Below are positions 15,812 to 25,439 of a stretch of 25,439 nt of DNA, piece after piece; the first letter of the stretch is position 1; every line of letters begins with the position of its first letter. Both the position numbers and the translations under genes were made by a program. Source of the stretch: a virus (lineage: Duplodnaviria > Caudoviricetes). Under the pieces are notes generated by a model, which saw only the letters and a list, made by a program, of their open reading frames with translations, did not search any database and was not told the DNA's origin. The stretch covers positions 1-25,439 of the IMG/VR virus record IMGVR_UViG_3300044448_003979, one strand, 5' to 3'.

Positions 15812-16641
15812 CGGGTATTGATGGCAATTACGTGTTCTTACAATTAGCAAGTCGTGATACTGCTGATTCGGGAATGACAAATAGAATTGCGTTTAAGTGT
15901 GAGAATGTGTCAATTTCTACTTCAAAGAATGTATTGGCGTTTCCTGTTCCGGGTTCAGGTTTTCTAACAGGTGAATCTGAATCAATTGGTCTTGATTTTG
16001 GCATGGCAACAAAGTCAATTAGTTTAGATGGAATTATTACAGAACAATACGTTCAGAAAAAATTTGCACCGAGGGCTTTTGGTGATGAAGATGGAAACTT
16101 AACTTCTGCTACTGATTTTTCACATGGGAGAAATAGTGATGGTGGTTCAAGTGGCTATGTGAATGTAAAAATGACAGCGCATGAAGTAGCCCAATTAGTT
16201 CATTCTCATGTTGATTCTTCTATCTTTCAACGGCATCAAAATCTAAATGAATTAGGGATTTTGATTCCTTCATATGTTGGTGTAGATTACCATTATCAAG
16301 GGTCTTGTAGTATTTCAACACATACAAACAGAAAAGATTGTGAAGATGCAGGTGGCACATGGACGCCGATTGCAGCAAGTGCAGGTGCGGCTGATGCCTT
16401 ACAACCTACTGATGGAAAATTAGTTCCATTTGAATATGGAGTTAGATATAATGGCGCAAGTGGAAATGAATTAGATGGGAAATACACAATTCTAAACACA
16501 AGTAGATACCCTGCTCCATATGTATCAGGTGGAGATGTTCAAGGGATTAGAGGATTTGTTAGGTCTTTTGATACTCAATTTACAGACCAACCCTATGTTA
16601 CATTTAATATGCAATTTGAAATTGCAGTAACGGGGTTGTGA
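15808..16641 (+). CDS. Probable distal tail (Dit-like) protein
   Basis: Immediately after TMP (ATGA overlap). Tube-like strands GLDFGMATKSISLDGII and IRGFVRSFDTQF...YVTFNMQFEI. Confidence 0.6.
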   Translation: MTGIDGNYVFLQLASRDTADSGMTNRIAFKCENVSISTSKNVLAFPVPGSGFLTGESESIGLDFGMATKSISLDGIITEQYVQKKFAPRAFGDEDGNLTSATDFSHGRNSDGGSSGYVNVKMTAHEVAQLVHSHVDSSIFQRHQNLNELGILIPSYVGVDYHYQGSCSISTHTNRKDCEDAGGTWTPIAASAGAADALQPTDGKLVPFEYGVRYNGASGNELDGKYTILNTSRYPAPYVSGGDVQGIRGFVRSFDTQFTDQPYVTFNMQFEIAVTGL

Positions 16642-16645
16642 TAGT

Positions 16646-17998
16646 GTGTCATCACAAGTTTATGTTGGTAATAAATATGCACTTACATTTCCTGTAATGT
16701 GTGATGGCTACTTACGAATTGATTATTCTGATAATGTTGCCGCACAAGATTATGGAATCTTTGACCATGAAGATTCATTTACTGCTGAAGCAATTATTAC
16801 GCCATTTGATATTAATGGTGCAGGTTGGAAAATTGCAAGTCATGATGCTGCTAAAGGAAATAACCCTGCGGGAACAACAGGTGTTTCAGGTTCTATTCAA
16901 ACAATGCCAACTGTTCAAGAATACAATATGACCGCTACAAATCACCAATCACATTTGTATCGGCCTGAAGCAAATAGAATTACAGATAAGATGATGGTTT
17001 TCTACAATGGGTCCGTTCAATTATACCTACAAAATGCTACACTTACTACCCATAACCAACCTGCTGAATACAAAATTGGAATGGATGTTATAGCAGGTTC
17101 AACTTCAGATACACTGCTATCGGATATTGCAATTGCATCTTCTCTTGAACATACCGGAGAAGGCGCTGTTTTTCATGGTGAAGATAGTAGAGTTAAATAT
17201 GAACCATTTTCCTTTACAGATGGAACTTGTGATATTAATTCTACCGCAGGTAGCGGCAGTTCATTTGGTAGTAATCCAAGAATTATTCAACATGATGCTA
17301 ATGCAAAAATTGTAGCAGGTTTAACAGTTTATGGAAAGGGTATTCCGACAGGTGCTACGATTGCTTCTATTACATCTTCAACATTATTTGTATTAAGTGC
17401 TGATGTGACGGAAACATTGAATAATGAAACATTAACTTTTGGATTGACGGTAGATGCTCATACAGGAGGACAAGCCACATTTACTTATAATGGTGGGCAT
17501 TATGCAGATGATTGGTTTTCACCAAAACAAGAATTATTTGTTAGGGATGGTCAAACCTTCACTTCAATTGGAACAGTAAACGCAGCAGCAAATAATACAA
17601 AAACAGTGACATTAGATGCTGCTGTTGCTGCTGATTTAGACGATAAAGAACTCTACACCCACGCCAATCGAGAAGCCCTATATCTCGCCAATTCATTTCA
17701 TATTGCATGGTCATTTCATGTTGCAACAGGAAACATGACAATCTATCTAAATGGTGAAAGAATCGCCACAAAGAAGCATTCAAATGCTGCTACTTCTTCT
17801 TTTGATTTTGGTTTTGAGGCTGAAGATTGCTATATGGGTCAAGACCCAAATACAGGAACATCTACACAATTTATGGGAAAGATGCATGAATTTGCTATAC
17901 TTGATGGCTACAAAACTGAATTTAATTCTGTATTCACATTGGCCCCCAATTACAATAAAACATTACTCTATTATCGTTTTGAAGAGGCGGGACTATGA
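16646..17998 (+). CDS. LamG/concanavalin-A-like tail protein with inserted beta modules (putative receptor-binding protein)
   Basis: DSFTAEAIITP ... FHIAWSF...MTIYLNGERIA...FMGKMHEFAI...LLYYRFEE form a LamG fold, interrupted by about 150 aa that include VYGKGIPTGATIASI. Confidence 0.75.
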   Translation: MSSQVYVGNKYALTFPVMCDGYLRIDYSDNVAAQDYGIFDHEDSFTAEAIITPFDINGAGWKIASHDAAKGNNPAGTTGVSGSIQTMPTVQEYNMTATNHQSHLYRPEANRITDKMMVFYNGSVQLYLQNATLTTHNQPAEYKIGMDVIAGSTSDTLLSDIAIASSLEHTGEGAVFHGEDSRVKYEPFSFTDGTCDINSTAGSGSSFGSNPRIIQHDANAKIVAGLTVYGKGIPTGATIASITSSTLFVLSADVTETLNNETLTFGLTVDAHTGGQATFTYNGGHYADDWFSPKQELFVRDGQTFTSIGTVNAAANNTKTVTLDAAVAADLDDKELYTHANREALYLANSFHIAWSFHVATGNMTIYLNGERIATKKHSNAATSSFDFGFEAEDCYMGQDPNTGTSTQFMGKMHEFAILDGYKTEFNSVFTLAPNYNKTLLYYRFEEAGL

Positions 17999-20900
17999 CA
18001 CAATACGTTCTCAAAGCAGGTAATGATTTGAGTTATGATGAGGCTACGGCAAATGCTAATCAACAAGCAAATTTCGATACAGCAGTAAACCCTGTATTCA
18101 AGAATACAGAAACTCAACAAAGTTCTGTCGTTTGTTATGAAATTAGAAACAGTTTGGATAATGTGCCAAATAATGCAGCAAATACTTCGGGGCAAAGTGG
18201 TGTGACAAGAACCAATGATGGACTTAACCTTTTAAATCGTGCATATCCAAATACCACTACCGTTGCTGATTATTTGGATAATTTAGAAACGACAGATGGA
18301 TATAGAATTCAATGCTATAATGTAAATGACAGCACAGGGCAACAACTTTCAGCAACCCTAATCACTGATACAGATTACTTTGTTTGTGTTTTCGCAGATA
18401 ACTACAAGAAGCATCATTTTGCTAAGATTACTCAAATCACAAGTGATGAAGCAACCGGCGATTCATTTACGTTTACACCTGCATATAATGGTTCTATTCC
18501 AAAAGGCACTAAATTCACAATTTGGAAAGGGCCGGAAGCAGCAGATTTGGGTGTTGTTGCGGTTGGTTATGGATTGCAAGGTAGTGGAGATGCTGCTGAT
18601 GCAAGGCATGATGTTCAAACGATATGTGCAAAACCAAATTTTTTCTTTTATGATGAAGATTGGAATAAAGAAAACTCACGATTGCTTACAAAGGGCCAAT
18701 TAAACCATGATACAAAGTATCAGTTATTCCGTAGTATTGCTTATGGTTCCTTAACTCAAACTCATGCTACTACTTGTTTTGTTACAGAACAAGAATACGG
18801 ATTCCGAGCAATAGATTATGGCAAATATAGTATGAATGCTACTCTTGTTGATAATCTAAGAACAGCAGATACACCAACTGCTGCATCTACACCGCAGGGT
18901 TATGAAAAATATGGTGGGACTTCTATTGCTGCATTTAATTATGATTTTGCAGATTGGGCCGCTTGTTTTCCAAATATTCAAAGAGATGCAGGAAACTTCA
19001 TTAAAAGCGCAGGAGCAGGTTTTGTTGGGCCTAAAAGATATATTCACTATACAAAGTCTTTAGATAAAAATAATGTTGTTCCTCGTTTAATTGAAAGTAA
19101 TGTGTTTAATTCAGTTACAAAAACAGGAACATATGCAGAAGCACGATTAATTGACCCTCATAGGATTATGGGTAAGAAGATTAAAGAATTTGATGAATAT
19201 AGAGTTAAACATACAATTGCAGAAGGTAGAATTGAGTTTGAAAAAACTATGGTTTTACCCGGAAAATGGACAAATGTAGGTAATAACTACATCAAAGTGT
19301 CAGGGTTAGAAAGTGGTCACTATTTAGACGCTTTACTTTTTGATGATACTACTACTACTTATGAAGAAATTAGAATTGGTGATTATCACTACAAGTTAGG
19401 TGGTCATGGTCTTGTATATCAAGACTCGGATGGGAATTTGGCTCAAAATTTTAACATCTCAGGTCACAGATTAAAAAGTGCAGCGACATATACAACTACA
19501 ACTACAATTCCGGTCGCTTTTTCTGAATCTACTGCTTACAGAAAAGCATGGTCTAAAGTAACAAAAACCCTCATGGTTAATTTTCCAATAGATTCAGTTC
19601 TCAATGCGGATAGGTCAGAATTGCTCATTAATGGTGAAACATCAGGAATCCTTATTGGTGGGAAAATTGTAAGTGGGGTTGATACTAATGTTAGAAACTT
19701 GGAATTAGTATTGACAGGTGGGAATTTTGCAGGAATGACTTTCAAAATTGAAGGTGGTGAAAAACATAATGGATTTGTAACCTTCCAAGATTCAGATGAT
19801 ACTTTCATTGACCCCTCAATGCAATTGTATCAGAAGTTATCCCTTGAATATCCTAATGTTTTGGATTATTTTCAAGGGTCATATTCCATTAACAAATTAC
19901 TTTTCAAAGGTTCAGTAGAAAGCATTGAAGAGTATGTAGAAAGTGGCCAACATAAATTCTTCTTGAGTGGAAGAAGCGACGTTAGTAAATTGTTAGGTCC
20001 GGCAGTAAACAAGGATTATACATTTTCAAATGATTGGGTGTATTCGACAATTTTACCTTTTAATAGGCTTACATTAACAAGTAACTATCCGGCAGCAGCA
20101 ATTAATCTTGGTTCTACTACATTCACATATACAGGTTCAGACAATTTTGAAGCAGGAGATTATTTGTGGCTTCATCATGGTGCAGGTGTTATACAGGGAA
20201 GAGTTTCTTTTATTGGAAAAATTCAATCAATAAACACTTCTACAAATACAATCACTTTAGAAGAAGGAAGCCAACTGCATGAAACTTCAACAGCATCAAA
20301 TCGCAGATTCTACTATTTGCGAGGTAGTGGGCAAATTGCATTGGCAAAAGCAGCAGCCTCCAATGGAAGCACTTCTTCCAAAACCACATCATTAGAAGGG
20401 GCAATCACAAAAGGTTTAGTTTTCAATTCAGGAAAACAAATTTCTTCAACAGGTGCAGATTCTACTAAATTACTAAATTCTTCTTCTTCAGATGATGCAA
20501 GAGCGCGAGGATATTACATTCAAAATGTAAATCAGATTTTAGAAAGTGGTGATTCATCAGTGACCTATACAGGTTCATTTGTTGAAGAACCCTTTATGCT
20601 AAAATTAGGAGAGGCAGGGACTTCTCTAACTCAATCATCTATTGAAACTGTAAGCAGTATGTCTGAATATGCTGTTGTGGATTACAACTCAGGTGAAGGA
20701 AAATTAATTTTCTCAATGGCTCCTATTTGCCCTGCTGTTTTGGCAAGAGTAGATAACAACGCTGCTGATTCTCGCCTATTGAATTTAACAGCAGCAACAA
20801 CAGTAGATGGCGCACAAGCGATTGGTTATACAGGGGCAATTAATGTAGATACAACAGACCCACTTACAACTGTCTACATATCAGGAGATGAACCAATTCC

Positions 20901-23900
20901 AAAATATCTGTATAACAGCAGTGGTCAAGTGTTGGGTCGTGTTATCAAAGCAAGATGGAGAAATGGCACAACAGGATATACATTAGCAACAGGTGCATTC
21001 CTGAAAGGTGAAATTCTATTGGATAGGGCTTTGCCTGTTGCATTGGCTGATGAAGAAGTATTGTATGTAGCAAAAACAGGAAGCACTGATGGTGAAATTT
21101 CGCATGGTTTGTATTTCCTAAATACTCAAGGGTTGTATAATGGTGGCATTCTTCATGGTGTTAATTCAAGCCTTTCTTCTGCTGCAAAACCAATTACGTT
21201 TTCATCAAATGATACAGACCCTTCTACTGCACAAGGTATCGTTCACAATTACCACCCTCCCGTCTTTAGATACATGGATTTGCAAAAAGGGTCACTTTCT
21301 TACAAAGGGCATAAACTGTTAGATGGATTAAGGAAATCACATCCAAACACTTCCAATGTAAATGGGTATGCTCAAGGTCTTGCTTTTTGCACCAATGGGG
21401 ATAATTTTCTAACTCTTAATGATTCATTATTTGCTGGTCATACTTCTCATGATGGAGATTTGAGAGAGAATCAATTACTGCCTCAAGCAAGAGGAATGCA
21501 ACCTGCACATGGCAGCAATTTTGAAGATTATCACATTTACAGTGATGCTGCACTAAGGCCGCAAATGCGAGCATTGGCTCAATATGATAACACAGGAGAT
21601 GGTGGCCCATTCTTGTTATCAGAATCAGGAACCAATGACCTCAAAGGATTTAGAGATAATGCTATCTCGCATATGAGGGACAATTTGGAAATCATTGACC
21701 CAAATATGCTACGTTGGTTCATCTTCGCCCCCGGTGATTTACACCCTGAAAGCATGACAAGAATGAATCATCTTGGATATACTACAAGAGATTTCACAGA
21801 TTTTAATTTAATTTTGAAATCTAAAGGTTCAAGAGAAGTTGTTGATATTGGCAGCGTTGATAATGAACATACAAATTATCATGGGATAACAGAATCAGAA
21901 GTTTTAGTGGACAATGATTATCAAGAAGTTTCAATTTCTTCTGCATCTATTACGCCCGACCAAATGAGAAGAGTAGGTATTATGCGCCTTAAGGAATTAA
22001 CAATGGATTGGCATTTTAATCCTGTTGATACTGAAACTAATATTGATTTTACAAAAGGGATAGAGGCGTTTACGCCATATCGTTTTTTGAGTTTAGAGAA
22101 GCCATCTTTCTATGATGGTATCACATCAAACCCTATTGTAACCGCTACTTCTTCATATGCCACTAATGGAAGTAAAACAATTGCACTAACTTCCAACACT
22201 AATTTCAAAAATGGAAGTAGTGGTGATTTAATTTTTAATGCAAATGATAGAGTTTATGCAAATGATGGAACCTTTATTGGGGAAGTCGATTCTGCTAATG
22301 CTAATGGGGATGAAATTACACTTAAAGCAGAAGCAAACCTTGTTGATGGTTTAAGGTATTGTTCAGCAAATACAGGACAAGATGGAATTCTCTACAAAAT
22401 GAAATACGAAGGTTCTATTTCTTGGGATGACGGAATCTCTCTACATGGTAAAGGCGGAGAAAATGCAACCACTTCAGTTGGTTCCACAGGAACTTTACCC
22501 ACAAGTGAAAGTAATTACAAATCAATATATGAAAAGGTATTGAGTAATTATCAAGGTGTTGTTTTTAATGGAGAATACCCTAATAGAAGGGCCACAGGTG
22601 GCTATTATCACATTTTAATGACTATGTTGAATTATTCATATTTTGGTGTAAATCCATTATCAAAGGGCAGTGCGGGAATTCAATTCCCCCCTATGTTTGG
22701 AACAGTAGTGGATAACGATAGCACAATTGATATGGCTGAAGCATCCGATTTAGGAGCAGAAGTCAGTTCTTCAGGACGCGCCTTGCTTACTGTTGATAAT
22801 TTAGCAGAAACTAAATTTAAAGTCGGCGATGAATTGTATGTTACTTCTCCAACTTCTAATAAGCCTGAATTTTTAGGAATTATCTATGCATTGGATAGTT
22901 CAGCAAACACAGTAGAATTGACAGCACCAAATGCTGCCCCAACTTCAAGTTCAGGGCAACCTATTTACTTGGGCTACAAATCATTATTATCTCGTTCACA
23001 TATTTTCTTCGATGCCTTAGTAGAGCAAAAAGGGTATACAGGTTCTCGCGTAATTAATGGAATTAACACAGATATTGATGATAGTGCTAATCTTGGTGTT
23101 GCTGCAATATCTATGACAACGGGGCATAGTGCAAATCAAGGTTTAATTCCAACAAGTGCTTCACCACCTTACAGTTTTACATTTACAACAGGAAGCAGTG
23201 GTGGTAGTAATGCAGCAGCCACTTACGATTTAACAAGGGCTATATCTGAAATTAAATTCAACGGAACAGGGTCATCTTCAGTTAATTACGCTCCCTCAAG
23301 TGGTTCAACTTTAGCATATATTGATATTCATGAAATTGACTTAACTCAAAGCAGCCCATACAAATACACATACAGGGTTTATTTTGATGATGGTTCCGGT
23401 GATGCTGCGCCTTCTGCGCCTTCGCCCGGAACAAGGGCATCCGTAAGTGTATCTGCATTTGATACAGGTCGTGATGTTGCTCAAGACGTATTTACTCAAT
23501 TGCAATTGGCAATCCAAGACCCTGTTGCTCAAAATAAGGGAATAATGTTAGAATTGCATGGTGATACTATCAAAGTAACAAATGTTGTTGGGGGCGCAGT
23601 TGGTGATAGCACAAATGAATTAGGACATATTTTTGCTTCTTCTACTTTGCCTTCGGGTTTTGGTGAAATTACATATCTATTATCTGGTGGAAATATCATC
23701 TCAACATCAATTACAAATTCCGGCACAGGTTATACAAGCGCCCCGGCAATTAATAATTTGACAGGCACTTACAAATCCCATTCAAGTCATACGGTAGCAA
23801 CAGTATCTCATATTGCTCATGTTGGAACAAGAGTTTATTCCGGTATGAAAGCAGTAGTTATTGATAGGCATAATATCGAAAACCAATTAGAATACAAAGC

Positions 23901-25439
23901 AGAAAAAGGTTCTGCTGTTGATTTGGGATTATGTTATCAACTTGAAAAAAGCCGAGCAAATACATATTCTCCCTCCACATTCATTGTAAATACAGAAATA
24001 AACTTACCAAATTCTACTGTTATTAAACTCCCATTTTCTGAGAAAAATATTTCAGGTAGTGTTTTCAATAACTACAATGTAGTGGAGGGAGGCGCAGTAG
24101 AAGCAATTGCTGATGGTGTAAATTTTGTTATCAAGCCCCTACTACATTTGGATAAAGGAAGTAGTGTTGGTGCTGTAACTGTATTCTCAAATGACCATAT
24201 CCCTTCAGGTGAAAATAAGGGAGCAGTTTTGAAATTTAATGTATCACCAAACGCTACTGAAGGCAACCTATGGCTACGATATGCACCAAATTTAACAGGT
24301 TGTTATTTGGTGTCAAGTGACGGAATTCAATACGGTTCTTCGACAGCAAATACTGCTGATGTTACTGATTATGAAGGGACTTGGAGCGTTGGAACTGCTG
24401 CTGATGCAAGAAAGGCAGCAACAGCATCCACTGAAGGTCTTTATCCAAATAGAATTCATTACGTTGTATCTCATACAGTCACTACATCAGGAAGCACACA
24501 ATATCATGAATTAATTGTAGATAATTGGAACACAACAAATGAATCTCTAATATTTAGAGTAATGCAACCTGCTGAAACTTGCTTTTGGGAAAATACTCCT
24601 AATGAAATTGACCTATACAAAATGTCATCTAAATACACAAAAATGACAAATTCTAATGATTTGTATGGTTCTATTGGTCAATGGAATGTTTGGGAAGATG
24701 GGCCTGTTAGTGGAATTAAAAATAGATACGGTATGAATGAAGGTATTCAATCAATGTATGTATTTGTTGATATGGACCCAAAGACAGGAAGCACACATAT
24801 TGTTCCAAGAGATTATACTGATGTTATTGGCAGCGCAAAGAAATTTACAAGCGATAAATCGTATAATTGCTTTTTAACTGATGGAATTTCTAATGCGAAA
24901 AAGAATGTTAGTTTTACAACAGGAACAAATTCATGCACTGCTAAATTTGCGGGGGCTGGACTACTGAGAAATATTCAAAATACAATGGACATAAAAATGA
25001 ACGGTATTGTTTCTATTGGTGAAATATTTACATTAACAACTGAAGATTCTTTAAATACATTAGAAGGGGTGGAAACTGCAAGTATTGCATCAACTGTTTC
25101 AATTTGTTCAGAAGCAGAAGATATTATCAATGACCTTTTCAAAGAAAATAATATTCCTCATGCTACTAAAGATACAAGTGATTATCCTTACTTCACAGGA
25201 ATTAATTTTATTGGTTCAGATATGTATAATGCTGTAAATTATCTATCTTCTCTCAAAGATAAAAAAATCACTATTGGTAAAGATATTATTTTAAAGAAAA
25301 ATAACAATGCTCTTGATTTTACAAACCTTAGAATTGCAAATGATAGTTCTGATATTAAAGTTATTGAGATTAAGAAAAATCAATCTATGTATGATGTTTA
25401 CAATGAAATTACTGTTTACGGAAAACGGAATAAATCTAC
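17995..25439 (+). CDS. Giant tail-tip/baseplate hub-fibre protein (>2480 aa, 3'-truncated; absent from ORF track)
   Basis: ATG 17995 overlaps the upstream TGA and has a GAGGCGG SD. Frame 1 (MTQYVLKAGNDLSY...) showed no stop in the stretches I translated, and the track lists no closed ORF in this frame. S/T/G/N-rich beta composition. Hub-like motifs LFKGSVESIEE...FFLSGRSDVSKLLG and EDIINDLF...NAVNYLS...VYNEITVYG. Confidence 0.88.
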   Translation, partial: MTQYVLKAGNDLSYDEATANANQQANFDTAVNPVFKNTETQQSSVVCYEIRNSLDNVPNNAANTSGQSGVTRTNDGLNLLNRAYPNTTTVADYLDNLETTDGYRIQCYNVNDSTGQQLSATLITDTDYFVCVFADNYKKHHFAKITQITSDEATGDSFTFTPAYNGSIPKGTKFTIWKGPEAADLGVVAVGYGLQGSGDAADARHDVQTICAKPNFFFYDEDWNKENSRLLTKGQLNHDTKYQLFRSIAYGSLTQTHATTCFVTEQEYGFRAIDYGKYSMNATLVDNLRTADTPTAASTPQGYEKYGGTSIAAFNYDFADWAACFPNIQRDAGNFIKSAGAGFVGPKRYIHYTKSLDKNNVVPRLIESNVFNSVTKTGTYAEARLIDPHRIMGKKIKEFDEYRVKHTIAEGRIEFEKTMVLPGKWTNVGNNYIKVSGLESGHYLDALLFDDTTTTYEEIRIGDYHYKLGGHGLVYQDSDGNLAQNFNISGHRLKSAATYTTTTTIPVAFSESTAYRKAWSKVTKTLMVNFPIDSVLNADRSELLINGETSGILIGGKIVSGVDTNVRNLELVLTGGNFAGMTFKIEGGEKHNGFVTFQDSDDTFIDPSMQLYQKLSLEYPNVLDYFQGSYSINKLLFKGSVESIEEYVESGQHKFFLSGRSDVSKLLGPAVNKDYTFSNDWVYSTILPFNRLTLTSNYPAAAINLGSTTFTYTGSDNFEAGDYLWLHHGAGVIQGRVSFIGKIQSINTSTNTITLEEGSQLHETSTASNRRFYYLRGSGQIALAKAAASNGSTSSKTTSLEGAITKGLVFNSGKQISSTGADSTKLLNSSSSDDARARGYYIQNVNQILESGDSSVTYTGSFVEEPFMLKLGEAGTSLTQSSIETVSSMSEYAVVDYNSGEGKLIFSMAPICPAVLARVDNNAADSRLLNLTAATTVDGAQAIGYTGAINVDTTDPLTTVYISGDEPIPKYLYNSSGQVLGRVIKARWRNGTTGYTLATGAFLKGEILLDRALPVALADEEVLYVAKTGSTDGEISHGLYFLNTQGLYNGGILHGVNSSLSSAAKPITFSSNDTDPSTAQGIVHNYHPPVFRYMDLQKGSLSYKGHKLLDGLRKSHPNTSNVNGYAQGLAFCTNGDNFLTLNDSLFAGHTSHDGDLRENQLLPQARGMQPAHGSNFEDYHIYSDAALRPQMRALAQYDNTGDGGPFLLSESGTNDLKGFRDNAISHMRDNLEIIDPNMLRWFIFAPGDLHPESMTRMNHLGYTTRDFTDFNLILKSKGSREVVDIGSVDNEHTNYHGITESEVLVDNDYQEVSISSASITPDQMRRVGIMRLKELTMDWHFNPVDTETNIDFTKGIEAFTPYRFLSLEKPSFYDGITSNPIVTATSSYATNGSKTIALTSNTNFKNGSSGDLIFNANDRVYANDGTFIGEVDSANANGDEITLKAEANLVDGLRYCSANTGQDGILYKMKYEGSISWDDGISLHGKGGENATTSVGSTGTLPTSESNYKSIYEKVLSNYQGVVFNGEYPNRRATGGYYHILMTMLNYSYFGVNPLSKGSAGIQFPPMFGTVVDNDSTIDMAEASDLGAEVSSSGRALLTVDNLAETKFKVGDELYVTSPTSNKPEFLGIIYALDSSANTVELTAPNAAPTSSSGQPIYLGYKSLLSRSHIFFDALVEQKGYTGSRVINGINTDIDDSANLGVAAISMTTGHSANQGLIPTSASPPYSFTFTTGSSGGSNAAATYDLTRAISEIKFNGTGSSSVNYAPSSGSTLAYIDIHEIDLTQSSPYKYTYRVYFDDGSGDAAPSAPSPGTRASVSVSAFDTGRDVAQDVFTQLQLAIQDPVAQNKGIMLELHGDTIKVTNVVGGAVGDSTNELGHIFASSTLPSGFGEITYLLSGGNIISTSITNSGTGYTSAPAINNLTGTYKSHSSHTVATVSHIAHVGTRVYSGMKAVVIDRHNIENQLEYKAEKGSAVDLGLCYQLEKSRANTYSPSTFIVNTEINLPNSTVIKLPFSEKNISGSVFNNYNVVEGGAVEAIADGVNFVIKPLLHLDKGSSVGAVTVFSNDHIPSGENKGAVLKFNVSPNATEGNLWLRYAPNLTGCYLVSSDGIQYGSSTANTADVTDYEGTWSVGTAADARKAATASTEGLYPNRIHYVVSHTVTTSGSTQYHELIVDNWNTTNESLIFRVMQPAETCFWENTPNEIDLYKMSSKYTKMTNSNDLYGSIGQWNVWEDGPVSGIKNRYGMNEGIQSMYVFVDMDPKTGSTHIVPRDYTDVIGSAKKFTSDKSYNCFLTDGISNAKKNVSFTTGTNSCTAKFAGAGLLRNIQNTMDIKMNGIVSIGEIFTLTTEDSLNTLEGVETASIASTVSICSEAEDIINDLFKENNIPHATKDTSDYPYFTGINFIGSDMYNAVNYLSSLKDKKITIGKDIILKKNNNALDFTNLRIANDSSDIKVIEIKKNQSMYDVYNEITVYGKRNKS

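Larger units (their letters stand above)
1..25439 (+). mobile_element. Structural/morphogenesis module of a tailed virus (siphovirus-like, HK97-fold head), probably an archaeal virus of marine Euryarchaeota (magrovirus-like)
   Basis: Canonical order protease-MCP-adaptor-terminator-tail tube-TAC-tape measure-Dit-tail tip, all on + strand with overlapping or abutting genes. GGTGA SD motifs. Host assignment is inference. Confidence 0.9.

Noticed and set aside
2280-17783. All minus-strand ORFs and alternate-frame plus-strand ORFs (e.g. 194-397, 2280-2558, 10391-10789, 14578-14922)
   Set aside because: They overlap well-supported + strand genes, lack SD motifs and have unprotein-like composition.
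18380-24514. Short ORFs on both strands listed by the track across 18-24.5 kb, and the apparent non-coding look of this region
   Set aside because: They are shadows of the single giant frame-1 ORF starting at 17995.
1-25439. tRNA, rRNA, integrase/att sites, inteins, DGR template/variable repeats
   Set aside because: No intergenic gap is long enough for an RNA gene, and I saw no recombinase, intein termini, reverse transcriptase or long near-identical repeats by eye.

Overview
The whole window is one + strand, tightly packed morphogenesis operon of a tailed dsDNA virus (Caudoviricetes, HK97-type head, non-contractile siphovirus-like tail). The host is most likely archaeal. Evidence: GGTGA/GAGGTGA ribosome-binding sites, a TATA-like box, and an ATP-dependent ligase next to the prohead protease and major capsid protein, a layout I associate with marine Poseidoniales 'magroviruses' (recognition, not a search result). 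Gene order: 5'-truncated DNA ligase, prohead protease/scaffold, major capsid protein, three small head-region proteins, a five-gene non-structural cassette, an orphan K/E-rich protein, head-tail adaptor, tail terminator, tail tube, two small inserted genes (one an AT-hook peptide missed by the ORF track), tail assembly chaperone with a -1 frameshift, tape measure, distal tail protein, LamG protein, and a >2480-aa tail-tip protein that runs off the window (also missed by the ORF track). The most striking element is the cassette at 5570-8192. It encodes an Arf/Sar1-like small GTPase with all five G motifs, two small membrane proteins, a Zn-binding protein and a coiled-coil/Q-P-rich protein, and is a candidate virus-encoded membrane-remodelling or egress system. 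No tRNA, rRNA, CRISPR array or IS element was seen.
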